A DNA stretch of 64,000 nt from the human T2T-CHM13v2.0 reference genome, Homo sapiens. The notes beneath the pieces are model-generated. The model was not told the origin of the DNA. It saw nothing but the letters and a program-made list of their open reading frames with translations, and searched no databases. Position 1 is the first letter of the stretch. The number at the start of each line of letters is the position of its first letter. Made by a program: the position numbers and the translations under genes. Of the stretch, positions 1-13,131 are shown piece by piece. The stretch lies in NCBI RefSeq assembly GCF_009914755.1, contig NC_060926.1. The stretch is one strand, 5' to 3'.

Positions 1-43
1 AAGAATAAGCCAAATGTGCAATGAATATACGATAAGCATGTTA

Positions 44-512
<469 letters not shown>

Positions 513-999
513 TCAGTGTCAAATGTCCTAAAACATGTGCTCCTTTGAATTTCCACTTCTAATAATTTATTTCAAGGAAATAATCATGTATTTAGAGAAA
601 ATATATAAAAAGTTCATGATACACTAGAGACGAAATTAAATGTACTCTCATTTTTTTCTTTTCCACCAGCTTCCCAAGTACCTCTAGTCATTTACACAAT
701 GGATAACAGATGAGCCGCCTATTGCGGGCACTGAAGGATCAGAGCTTAGGTGAGGGTAGAGGGCAAATCTCGGCTCCATTCACAATAACAGGCTGGACTC
801 TGGCGAAAAAAAGAGGTGTCAGTGTTCCCTCCATGTGCCCCCTTTTAACAGTCTCCTAATAAGTACCACATGTCTGAGCTCTGAGAGAGCCTCAGAGTTT
901 AAATAGTTGAACTCCACCCTGCAGCTGCTGCCGCGAAGTTAACTCTAAGAGCTGCAGTCACCAAGAGCGAAGAATAAAGCAGCAAAGACAGAAACTCAC

Positions 1000-1170
1000 C
1001 TGGACTTTGAGTTTGTCGTTCCTGCCCCTTTCCAGGGGCTGGGACAGGGATCACTCCTCAAGATTGGGAGAGTTACAGGGAGATGCTAGCAGGCAAAACA
1101 GGAAGTCTGTGCTTTGACAAACGCAGTAAGGGGCCGGGCTTCCGAGAAAAGAAAAGTGAAAGTTTTCGGA
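1000..1170 (-). other. SP110: SP110 non-coding first exon (5' UTR); 5' end approximate
   Basis: Minus strand reads ...GGCAGGAACGACAAACTCAAAGTCCAG|GTGAGT (strong donor, GT at 999-998). I recognise this as the SP110 5' UTR. It is adjacent to IRF, GAS and ETS motifs, and SP110 is known to lie head-to-head with SP140. Confidence 0.8.
1140..1163. promoter_or_regulatory. Composite GAS + IRF-E/ISRE element at SP110 promoter
   Basis: TTCCGAGAA (TTCN3GAA, 1140-1148) overlaps GAAAAGAAAAGTGAAAGT (1146-1163). ETS cores CAGGAAGT (~1099-1106) and CCGGAAG (1181-1187) flank it. Confidence 0.75.
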
Positions 1171-1847
1171 GTTTGCCAAGCCGGAAGCTGAAGGCAGGTC
1201 GGTGCCTGCAGCCTCTCTCCACCTCCTCATGGGCACTTGTGAGGCTCCCAGGACGTCTTGGCAGTTGGGGTTTGGGGGAGGGCGTGTTGCCAGTTGGGAT
1301 CAGCCCAGAGAGAGAGGTATGGGAGGAGGAGGCATAAGGGTACAGCCCCAGCGGCAATAGGAACTGGGAACTCAGCGTCCAAATGCTTCCCTAACCACAT
1401 CTATTTTCCCATGACTTGTCCTCATTCTGTACATTTTAGGTTGATGAAAATGTTCTCAAACTGGATTGTGGTGATGTTTACATAACTGAATGAATTCACT
1501 GGAATTTATCCAGTGTGTTATCAAACTCTAACAACACACAAAAAAACAAAGAGAATGTGCCAGAAATGCCTAGAACTTGTCAGGATAAGATTATTACAGG
1601 AAGAAATTGAAATGAAAGGGAACCTGCACATGAACTGGAATTGTGCAGAGGCAGGCAGACCTCCAGGCAGAAAAATGGCTGAGAGCTGGGCAGGTAGTTG
1701 GGAGCCAGGAGTCTGAGGCAGAACTGGGACCTGCTGATTCCAGAGAGCAGTAACTCAAGGGCTGGCAGGGACACCCCTTCTCATGCCCCTTTTAAAGATC
1801 CCTAATGTACATTGACATGTGGGGCCTATGAAAAATCCTAAACTATT

Positions 1848-2106
1848 GGCCAGGCACAGTGGCTCATGCCTATAATCCCAGGACTTTAGGAGGCCAAGAT
1901 GGGAGGATTGCTTGAGCCTAGGAGTTTGAGACCAGTCTGGGCAACATAGTGAGACCCCATCTCTACAAAAAATAAAAAAATAAAAAATTAACTGAGTGTG
2001 GTGGCATGCACCTTGTAGTCCTAGTTAGTGAGGAGGCTGAGGCTGGAGACTTGCTTGAGCCCAGGAGTTCAAGGCTGCGGTGAGCTATGATTGCACCACT
2101 GCACTA
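1848..2106 (+). mobile_element. Alu (AluJ-like, 3' truncated)
   Basis: GGGAGGATTGCTTGAGCC and GAGCTATGATTG are J-type diagnostics. Confidence 0.9.
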
Positions 2107-2126
2107 TAGAAATCTGTGTAACTTTG

Positions 2127-2448
<322 letters not shown>

Positions 2449-2830
2449 TCAATAATTCTCAAATGTATTTGACCCACAAGTTCCCCTACCAGGACATCCA
2501 CAAACTCCTCAGATAAAAGATGGGAGACATGGATCTAAAGTTTAAGAAGCTTTGAAACCAAGGCTAACTGCATAAGAGCAAGCCCTTCTATGCAGGCACA
2601 AACAGCATATCCCACCCTAGTATGTACAGAATAGCAGACCCGGCCTTGCGGGTAATGGCTGTGGGTGAAACAGAGGCATGGAAGCCACAGCCAGGAAAAA
2701 TTCAATGCTAACAGCTGAGGAGAGGGTGCATTGATGCCTCAGCATGCAGTAACATACAGCGCTGTGATGCAGGGGATGGCGGTGGTAAAGGAATTAAGGT
2801 TATTTTATGCAAATGTCACATGTCACTTAC

Positions 2831-2847
2831 CTGAAGCCCCTCCCCAT
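2831..2847 (-). CDS. SP110: SP110 alternative upstream coding segment MGRGF(R); exon probably 2831-2910
   Basis: Minus strand ATG GGG AGG GGC TTC AG|GTAAGT, a perfect donor. A candidate acceptor follows a long pyrimidine tract (..CTGAATAG| at 2912-2911). It matches my recollection of an N-terminally extended SP110 isoform (MGRGFR-MFTM...). Confidence 0.65.
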
Positions 2848-3068
2848 CACCTGGAAAGCCCCTTCATGGGCATCTGAGGATCCTGGCAGCAAGAACTTCT
2901 TCCTTTAGATCTATTCAGAGATACACCAGGCAAATGCAAAACAAACAAACAAAAGTAAAGCAGGAGTGGGAAAATAAAGTCAATGTCAAATCAGGCAAAA
3001 ATTGTTACATGAAAAAAAGACAGCTGCGAATGAGGATGAAAGATGTTTATTCTAAGCCATATATGCTT

Positions 3069-3374
3069 GGCTGGGCACAGTGGCTCAGGCCTGTAGCTTA
3101 GCTAGCACTTTGGGAGGCTGAGGCAGGCAGATCACTTGAGGCCAGGAATTCAAGACCAGCCTTGCCAACATGGCAAAATCCCGTCTCTACTAAAAACACA
3201 AAAAAATTAGCTGGGCGTGGTGGCACATGCCTGTAATCCGAGCTACTCGGGAGGCTGAGGCATGAGAATCGCTTGAACTCAGGAGCTGGAGGTTGCAGTG
3301 AGCTGAGACTGCGCCACAGCAGTTCAGCCTGAGCAACAGAGTGAGATCCCGCCTCAAAAAAAAAAAAAAAAAAA
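3069..3374 (+). mobile_element. Alu
   Basis: Full dimer and polyA; flanked by ATATGCTT / GCATGCTT. Confidence 0.93.
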
Positions 3375-3563
3375 TGCATGCTTGAGAACATGGTAATAAT
3401 GGGAAAACGTCACCTGTTAATTCACATGCTAGTGATTATGTACTGAGATAAATTATACATAATTCTTTTTAGCTCCATTTTATTGAGGTATAAAATTTAT
3501 TCATTGTAATGTACATTTTACCAAATGTAGTTACTACACCAGTCAAGATGTAGACCATTTCTA

Positions 3564-3836
3564 GGCCTGGAGAGTCGCTTGTGCCTATAATCCCAGCATT
3601 CTGGGAGGTCAAAGCAGGAGGATCGCTTGAGCCCAGGTGTTTGAGACCAGCCTGGACAACAGAGCAAGACCTCGTCTCTACAAAAATACATTTTTTTAAA
3701 TTAATTGGGCATGTTGGCATACACCTGTGGTCCCCGCTATCAGGGAGACAGAAGTGGGAGAATTGCTTGAGCCCAGGAGGTCCAGTCTCTGGTGAGCAGT
3801 GACAGAGTGAGACCCTGTCTCAAAAAAAAAAAAAAA
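3564..3836 (+). mobile_element. Alu (AluJ-like) inserted in an old minus-strand L1 3' fragment (~3460-4095)
   Basis: Diverged dimer; TSD AAGATGTAGACCATTTCT / AAGATACAGACCATTTCT. Confidence 0.88.
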
Positions 3837-4108
3837 GATACAGACCATTTCTGTTACCCTAGAAAGTTCCCTGTGACCTTTGCAAACAATCCCCTCCTTA
3901 AGGCCAGCACCAGGCAACCACTGATCTGCTTTCTATCACCACAGATTAGTTTCGTGTGTATTAAAGTTTTTTTTTTTTTTTTTTTATCAATGAAGGCACA
4001 TGGAATGCATTTTTGGTGTATGGCTTTCTTTTCCTCATCATCATGCTTTTGAGATTCATCTCTGTTGTTGTGGGTCAGTAATTTATTCTTCTTTAGCAGG
4101 TATGCTAG

Positions 4109-4459
<351 letters not shown>

Positions 4460-5548
4460 CAGTCTGACATTCTATGGGATGTCCAGGTGATCCAGATATC
4501 TTTCAACTATATTATGACAAAGGGCAAGTGAGTCAATATAACCTGCCTGGACTGCCTACTTTCTTAACCTAGTCCTCTGGCTTTCCCATACATTCTGTGA
4601 GCTACCCAATATAGTTCTAAGAAATTGACTTTTTGCCTGAGTTAGCCAGAGTCAGTTTGGATTACTTTTACTCCCAAATCCTGACTGATAAAAATGTTGG
4701 GCACCAGAGGTTGAATTATAGGCAAGAGATATTCAAGGAAATATGATCAATCTGGGATTGGTTATCTGACATAATTGGACATAAAAACAGTGAACATCCC
4801 CATTAGCGTTCAGAGTCAGGAATTTTGGAGTTGTGGGCAAATAGGGGTAAGTTGGCAAATTAAATTACAGCACTGGATTGTGATCAAGACTCTATACAAT
4901 TCATTTCCCCAATTCCAGGTGTCAGATTCTAGCATGCTTAGCAAAATGAAGAGAAATCTTCCAGGTAGAATGAAAGCATTGATTTACCTTTGGGGATTAT
5001 GACCTACTTGGCCTAAATCTGGATGGGGGAACAGAGCCAGGAGGCAGGCCGGAGCCTTCTGACTCCACTGGTCACGTGGCAGTAAAGGAAGACATTGGGA
5101 ACCAGAGATGGTCTGATGGTCCTACATATGCCTGGCCCAGGAATCCCTTACCCAGGAGAGGTTCTGTAGTGAGCATAGGGAAAAACAAGATAGTGGGAAA
5201 TAGAACTGAAATTTCAGGCTATCCTTACCTGGGCTAATGCATGGTGTTGCAAAGTAGGGCTTTCTAGTAGTAGCAGCAGTACCCCTGAAGTACCAATCTT
5301 ACCACCAGTCAGCTGAGGAACACCAATGGCCTTGTGCTTATAAGCAAAAGAAGCTGGCACATTTTCAAAAATGTCCAGTTCATTGGTGTCCTGGGTCTGC
5401 CTACTGCCTAAGGGCAGAGAGAAGAGAGAGAGGGGATGCTGGAGCAGGCGGTATAGTCTGTACCAGGCCTTGTTGGAGCCCCATGGAGACTGGGAGGAGA
5501 GGACAGCTGTGTCTAACAGAAGCCCAGCATACTTTTCCTTCTTGTTTT

Positions 5549-5640
5549 AAAGAGGGAGGGAGAGGGAGGGAGAGAGAGGGAGAGGGAGGGAGAGGGAGGG
5601 AGAGAGAGGGAGAGAGAGGGAGACAGAGGAGAGAGAGGAC

Positions 5641-5672
<32 letters not shown>
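5549..5672. repeat. GA-rich polypurine microsatellite
   Basis: About 120 nt of almost pure G/A built from AGAGGGAGGG-like units and (GA)n. Confidence 0.95.
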
Positions 5673-6659
5673 TACTGGAAAAGGTGTCCTCATCAGTGTT
5701 CTAGAGTTTGTCTCAACCAGATTGGTGTTTGTTCCTTTGGTAGAAAGAAAGCAGAAGTGTGGAAGGGGTAGAAATTTCTTGCACTCTGTATTTTGCAAAC
5801 TTATGTATGCAAATTTCCTTGCATATGTGTAATGAACCAGAAAAAGTAGGATTCAGGAGCACATGTTTTGGAAAAATACTGCTTTGCCTCTGGCTTTTCA
5901 ATCCTCACTACTGTTCTGTCACTGGCCCTGGATTCTACCCATACCCTGGCTCTCATCAGCCCCCTGTCTTTGACCCATTTTTCTGCCTGGATTTCTAGTC
6001 CTGTGGTTATATTTTTTATATTTGCCCTTTGCTTCCATTTGTTTATCACTCGACTTTATGCTGATATAGTGTGTTTTTGTAAATTGTTTCAAATCCTTTA
6101 CAGAATGAGGGCTGGGTATAAATGAAAAATTGTGTGCAAACATAAATGTAATACAGCTATCCTCCTGTATCATATTGTCCTTGAAGGTCTAGATAATCTC
6201 AGCTCCAAACCCTTTCCCCATCCAGTGAGAAGGCTGTCACTCTCCTCAAGATTTCAGTGAAATGGTTGAAGCTCATTTTTTTCCCAGTCACCCCTGGCTG
6301 CTGTTGTAAAGTGCCCACATATTTGAGAAAACTTAGAATTGCACCTCATTTCTCTGCCCAACCTCAGCACTTGCCTTTGGCTGGAGGAGTTGAGAGAGTT
6401 GTCTTTTACCTCTGTCTGCTTTCATGGAGTGCTAAGAGCATCTCCCCCACTTTCTAATGCATGCTATTTCAGTTCTCCCTGGCCCCATGTCCAAACACTG
6501 GGCCTAAGCCATCCAGCCCAGGCTCACTAAGGTGCATGGCCAGCCCTGGAGCCTGACTGAAGATTTGAAATGTCTGGTCTTCACTTGTCCTTCTCAGCCA
6601 CCTCAGCAAGGGGTGGGGACAAATACAGAGTTTACTTCCTCCTCATGATGCCACCTTAC

Positions 6660-6850
6660 CTCAAAACAACTTTGATCTGCTTGAGTTGAATGACTTTTCC
6701 ACCCTCTTTCCTTGGCAGGAACAAGTGACCCTGTCTTCCGTGGCCTCGTGGGGCTGGCTCTGCTCCTCCTCCCTTGACTGAGAGACGTCATGGAGATTGG
6801 GTGGAGGGAGGACTGTAGAGTTGGTGCACCCACGTCAGCTAGTTAGGCAA
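6660..6850 (-). other. SP110: Candidate distal non-coding first exon of SP110 from the shared promoter
   Basis: Minus-strand donor TTTTGAG|GTAAGG at 6660/6659, directly behind the SP140 promoter. The TSS position is inferred. Confidence 0.45.
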
Positions 6851-6866
6851 TTTCACTTTTCTTTTC
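6831..6866. promoter_or_regulatory. SP140 promoter IRF-E/ISRE-like element with adjacent CACGTCA (CRE/E-box-like) motif
   Basis: TTTCACTTTTCTTTTC at 6851-6866 and CACGTCA at 6831-6837, about 105-140 bp upstream of the SP140 ATG. Confidence 0.65.
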
Positions 6867-6969
6867 CTCTTTGACTGAGCACCGAGGGGCAGTTGGCAGC
6901 TTCACCTCAGAGCTGCAGGAAGGAACGGGGCAGTGAAAATCGAATCGGGTGTGATCCTAGGCCAAGCTC

Positions 6970-7028
6970 ATGGCCCAGCAGGGCCAGCAGGGGCAGATGG
7001 CAAGTGGAGACAGCAATCTCAACTTCAG
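6970..7028 (+). CDS. SP140: SP140 exon 1 coding part (MAQQGQQGQMASGDSNLNF-R)
   Basis: ATG at 6970, donor CAG|GTGGGT at 7028/7029; joins exon 2 in frame; recognised SP140 N-terminus. Confidence 0.95.
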
Positions 7029-7538
7029 GTGGGTCATCGTCTCCTTTCCCGTCTGTCCTTCATCTCTGGTAGGGTTCCCTTTCATACTTGTTATTTAATG
7101 TCTACCCAGCTTCACTCTACAGGTATACAATAGAATTCAGTTACAAATAAATAACGAGGCAATCAGATTTTTTAAATTGCAGGGATTGGCTGTTGGAGAA
7201 ACTCAAGGATGCCGTGACTCACATCATCTTCCTATTCTCTTACATCTGCAAATGGCTGGACTGGAGCTGTTTGAACATCATGCCTGTTCTGAGGCTTTGT
7301 GTAGGATTGGATGATTCCCCGTGACCTCTGAACCCTCTCTTCTCCCCCAGGCCTCCTTTATCCCCACTCCAAAAGACAACTCTGTCTAAAAAGGATCTTT
7401 TTAGAAGAATTAAAATCCAAACGCCTGTCTGTTGTCACACTTTCCAGGCTGTGTAGTTGGGGACCGGTTCTGCTCTGAGCCCATCTATGTGGCTCTTAGC
7501 CCTAGAATCACTTCAGGATCTCTGAATACTTGGTAGGA

Positions 7539-7548
7539 GGAAGTGAAA
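7539..7548 (+). promoter_or_regulatory. ETS-IRF composite element (EICE) in SP140 intron 1
   Basis: GGAAGTGAAA is an exact match to the GGAAnnGAAA PU.1/SPIB-IRF4/IRF8 consensus, about 510 bp downstream of exon 1. Confidence 0.45.
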
Positions 7549-7685
7549 GCAGATGAGACCCAACAAAAAAGGCAAGCAGGTAGAGAGTGAGTGCTGCTTC
7601 TGCTTTTTTTATTCTTCTGTTCTGGTATTTTTTACATATCTGGTCAGAGAAGCCTGGAAATCATCTTTAAAAAATGTAAGACAAT

Positions 7686-7905
<220 letters not shown>

Positions 7906-7920
7906 GACAAGTACATCAAT

Positions 7921-8241
7921 ACGGTCATTTCTTCTTATCTGTGGATTCTGTATCCATGGATCTAACCAACCATGAATGCAAAATATTTTCTAAAAATTAA
8001 AAACATAAATAACAACAATAAAAAGTAATATAAAAATTTAAAATACAGTATAACTATTTGTATAGCATTTACATTGTATTAGGTATTATAAGTCTAGAGA
8101 TGATTTAAAATATACAGGAGGATGTGCATAGGTTATATGTAAATACTACACCTTTTATATCAGGGACTTGAGCATCCATGGATTTTGGTATCCATGGAGG
8201 GTCCTGGAACCAATTCCCCCTGGATACCAAGGGATGACTGT
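7921..8241 (-). mobile_element. TcMar-Tigger MITE (MER2/Tigger3-like)
   Basis: Ends GGATACCAAGGGATGACTGTA; internal TAGCATTTACATTGTATTAGGTATT motif. Confidence 0.8.
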
Positions 8242-10580
8242 ACATTCTTGATAAAAATGAAAATGTGTGGAATGTAAAAATGTATGGAAACTTGTCTAAT
8301 TGGGACTCTGTGCTAAGGCTACTTCTGGCGCTGGTACAGCCCCAAGAAAGCAAAAGCTATTGCTATTATCAGCAGTAGTGGTGGCACCAGACTGGTTTTC
8401 AGTGCCCAGTGCCACCACTCCCAGACAGGCATCCCTGTCATCTCTCTTTCACTTGCTCTCTAGTGAAGGGAAGATGAGCCAGCGGAGCTCAAAGTCCAGC
8501 CAGCCCATGGTCACCAAGCAGGAAGAAGACGGCACTGAGAGGTGACAATGGGCTAATGCTAACCTCAAAGAATGAGTTAGGAAGTGTTGCCTCTGCTCTT
8601 ATTTTTGGAGGAAATTGGGGAGGATGATGTCATTTCTTCCTTAAATATCTGGTAGGATTAGCTAGTGATACCATCTGGGCCTAGTACTTTCCTTTCTGGA
8701 GGGCTATTAATTATCGATTCAAATTTCTTTAATAGATGTAGGCCTATTCAGACAACCTATCTCTTGTGCAAGTTTTGGTTAGTTTGCCTCTTAAAGAATT
8801 TGTTCATTTCATCTGTGACCAAATTTGTAGGTGTAGAGTCCATAGTTTTCCTTTATTACCTTTCCATTGTCCATGGAATTCGTAGTGATGACCCTTCTTT
8901 CATTCTGATGATTTCCGTCTTCTCTATTTTTTTCTTTGTTAAGCTGGCTAGAGGTTTATTAATTAACTCTTTGAAAAGAAAATCAGCTTTTGGTTTCATT
9001 AAGTTTCTCGAATGTTTTCCTGTTTCAATTTTTTTAACTTCCACTTTAATTTTAATTTTTTTTCCTGCTTGCATCAGGCTTAAATTGCTCCTTTTTTCTC
9101 TAGTTTCCTCAGATGAAAGCTTAGATTATTGACTTAGATCTTTCTTCTTTTCTATTGTATGCATTTAATACTATACATTTCCTTCTAAGTGCTGCTTTTG
9201 TTGCATCCCATTCATTTTAATAAGTTGTTTTCCTTTTCATTTACTTCAAAATATTTTTAAAATTCTTTTAGGACTTCTTATTTGACCCTAGAACTCTTTT
9301 GGTTAATCTGGAAATATTTTGGAATTTTCCAGCTATTTTTCTGTTACTGATTTCTAGTTTATGGTCTGAGAACAAACTTTTAGGATTTCTATTCTTTTAA
9401 ATTTGTTAAGGTATGTTTTATGGCCCAAAATGAAGTACATCTTGGCAAATATTCTATGTGAGCTTAAAAAGTACATGCATTCTGCTATTGTTAAATGGAG
9501 TACCGTATAAGTGTCAGTTAGACCAAGCTGATTGCTATTGCTCATCAGGTCAACTACACCCTTACTGATTTTTCTGCCTGTGTGATATGTCAATTAATAA
9601 AAAAGAAGTGTTGAAGCCTTCAATAATAGTAGTGAATTTGTCTATTTCTCTTTATAGTTCTATCAGTTTTTGCCTCATACATTTTGCCATTAGTTTGTTA
9701 GTTGCATACACATTAAGGATTGTGTACCTTCTTGGAGAATTGACCCTTTTATCATAATGTAATGTCCCTCTTTAATCCCTGACAATTTTCCTTGTTCTGA
9801 AGCTTCTTTGTCTGAAATTGATATAGCTACTATACCTTTTCTTTGATTAGTGTTGGCATGGTATATCTTGCTCCATCCCTTTATGTTTAACCTATCTGTA
9901 TTTTTATATTTACAATGACTTTCTTATAGACAACATATAGTCGGGTGTTTTGTGTTTTTTATGTACTCTGTTGATCTCTTGTCTTTTAATTGGTGTTTTA
10001 GACCATTGGCATTAAAGTGATTATTAATATAGTTAGATTAATATCTACCACATTTGTAAATGTTTCATTGTACCTATCGTTTTTATCTTTTCTTCCTTTT
10101 TTCCTGCCTTTTCTGGTTTAATTGAGCATTTTATGCTTCTATTTTCTCTCCCTTCTTAGCATATCAATTATACTTCCTTTAAAACATTTTTAGTGGTTCC
10201 CTGAAGTTTGTAATATATATTTACAGCGAATCATGCCCATTTTAAATTACACTATATCACTTCATGAGTAGAGAATACACCATGCAACTGAATGTCCCAA
10301 ATTCTGCCCTCCTGTTCTTTTTAACATTGTGAAATGACTGACAATGTTAAAAAGAACAGGAGGGCTTCCAGTCATTCCATTTATTTATGTCCCATAACCA
10401 CTCAATATGTTGTTGATTCTATTAATTTGAATAAATGGCTTCATTTTAGGTTAACTTGGAGTAGGAAAAATGAAAACATTTTATTATATCTGCATTTATT
10501 TCTTCTCTGGTGCTCTTTCTTTCTCTATGTAAATCTGAGTTTCTGGCCCACATCATTTTTCCCTTTGCATGAAGAAATTC

Positions 10581-10810
10581 TTTTTTTTTTTTTTTTTTTT
10601 TTTTTTTTGAGATGGAGTCTCACTCTGTTGCCCAGGCTGGAGTACAGTGGTGCAATCTCGGCTCTCTGCACACTCCGCCTCCTGGGTTCACGCCATTCTC
10701 CTGCCTCAGCCTCCTGAGTAGCTGGGACTACAGGCGCCCACCACCACGCCTGGCTAATTTTTTGTATTTTTAGTAGAGACGGGATTTCACCATGTTAGCC
10801 AGGATGGTCA
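10581..10810 (-). mobile_element. Alu (AluY-like), 5' truncated, with TSD
   Basis: TTCACGCCATTCTC diagnostic; TSD AAGAAATTCTTT on both sides. Confidence 0.92.
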
Positions 10811-11134
10811 AGAAATTCTTTTAACATTTTCACATGGAGTAGGCTTTCTGGCAAAGAATTTCCTCAGTTTTTGTTTGTTTGAGAAAATCTTTATTTCTAC
10901 TTTACTTGGAAGGTTAATTTCACAGGATATGGAAGCCTACATAGGCTTTTTTTTTCTTTCATCACTTTAAATATTTCTTTCCACTTTCTTTGCTTGCATG
11001 GTTTTTAATGAGAAATCTGATGTAATTTTATCCTTGTTCTTTCACAGGTAGGGGTTTTTTGTTTTTTTTCCCTACCCCCTGGCTTTTTTCAATATTTTCT
11101 CTGTCTTTCGTATTCTGCAGTTTGAATATAAAAT

Positions 11135-11835
11135 TGTAATTGCCAAACTAGACTCTTCTTGTCCATTGCCCAGAAAAGCCACACATTGAGAATAGTAGGA
11201 GTTGCAGGAGAGAGAGAATTTAATAATCGCAGGGCCAGCCAAGCGGGAGATGTTTCTGAAATCCATCTCCCCAAGAATTCAGAGACTAGGCTTTTTAAAG
11301 GATAGTTAGGCAGACAGGGGGCTGGGGAACAGGGAAGTGCTGATTGCTTAGGTTGGGAATGAAATCACAGGGGGTTGAAGCTGTGTTCTTGTGCTGAGTC
11401 ATTTCCTGGGTAGGGGTCACAGGACCTGGTTACCAATCCTGTGGTATTAGCTGTTCCATTAGAATGCAAGGTCTGAAAAATACCTCAAACCCCAGTCTTA
11501 GGTTTTACAATACTGAAGTTATCTATAGGAGCAATTGCGGTGGTTATGGATCATGTGACCTCCAGCTACATGACTCCTGAACCATAATTCTAATCTTGTA
11601 TCCAATTTGTTAGTTTTACAAAAGTGGTTTTGGTCCCAGAGCAAGGAGGGGGTAAGTTTTGGGAAGGGATTGTTATAATCTTTGTTTTAAAGTTAAACTA
11701 TAAACTAAATTCTTCTCATTGTTAGCTTGGCATACACCCAGGAATGAGGAAGGACAGCTTGTGAGGTTAGAAGCAAGATGGAGTCAGTTAATTTAGATTC
11801 CTCTCACTGTCATGATTTTTGCAAAGGTGGTTTCA
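11135..11835 (-). mobile_element. Solo ERV1 LTR (LTR8 family)
   Basis: Minus strand begins TGAAACCACCTTTGCAAAAATCATGAC...GACTCCATCTTGCTTCTAACCTC and ends ...TACA; about 700 bp. Confidence 0.8.
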
Positions 11836-12828
11836 ATATGTCTAAGTCTAGATCATTTGATATTTATGCAGCTTGGTGTTTGATGAGTTTCCTGAATCTG
11901 TGGTTTGTTGTCTGTCATTACTTTTGGAAAATTCTTGGCTATCACTACTTGAATATTTCTTCTGCTCTATTTTCTCTTTCTTCTCCTTCTCGTATTCCAA
12001 TTACATATTTGTCACACTTTCTGAAATTATTCCAGCATTCTTGGATATTGTGTTCTGTTTTGTTTTTTCCTTTTTTTTTCCTCTTTGCATTTCTATTTGA
12101 GAAGTTTCTTTTGACATATCTTCAATTCACTGATTCTTTCCTTGGCCATGTCCAGGCTACTGATGAACTCATCAAAGGTATTCTTCATTTCTGTTACATT
12201 GTTTTTCATTTCTAGCATTTCATTTTTCATTATGTCTTTGAGTTGTCATCTTTCTGCTCACTTAACCATCTGTTCATGCGTATTGTGTGCTTTTTTCTTT
12301 AGAGCCCTTAACATATTAACTAACCATAGTTATTTTAAATTTCTGTCTAAAAACTTGAAAATCCATCATATCTGAGTCTGGTTTTGATGATTACTTTGTC
12401 TCTTCACACTGTGTTACTTCTTGCCTTTTGGCATGTCTTATAATTTTTTTTTTAAGTCAGACATGATAAGTCAGGTAATAGGAACTGAGGCAAATAAGCC
12501 TTCAATGTGAGGTTTTATATTAATCTGGGTAGGAAATGGGCCATATCTAATGTTTGTTCTAGCTGTAGGTGGCAGAGGTGTCAAATTCCTCTAGCGTTCT
12601 TGTTTTTCTTTCCCCTGCTTTCTCTGGGTTTCTCTGAGAACTCCTTTTTAAATAGTCTGTTTCTTGTAGTTCTTCCAGCTGTAATCTGCTCTTATTATAC
12701 AGGAACCCTGTTGATGGAATGGTAACGTGTCAGAGGGGGAAGTGGTCTATAATCTTATGATTACATCTCGATCTTTTAATGGAACTGCACCTTGGGCTAT
12801 TACTTTTAAAAGAATTTCTCCCTCCACC

Positions 12829-13131
12829 CTTTTTTTTCAATTTTTTTGAGATGGAGTCTTGCTTTGTTGCCCAGGCTATAGTGCAGTGGCGTGGTCTCGG
12901 CTCACTGCAACTTCTGCCTCCTAGGTTCAAGTGATTCTCCTGCCTCTGCCTCCTGAGTAGCAGAGATTACAGGTGCCTGCCACCATGCCCAGCTAATTTT
13001 CTTTTGTGTTTTTAGTAGAGACGGGGTTTCACCATGTTGGCCAGGCTGGTCTCAAACTCCTGGCTTTGTGATCCACCCGTCTCAGTCTCCCAAAATGCTG
13101 GGATTACAGGTGTGAGCCACCGTGCCCAGCC
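12829..13131 (-). mobile_element. Alu (AluS-like)
   Basis: Reverse-complement dimer; flanked by CCTCCACCCTTTTTT repeats. Confidence 0.93.
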
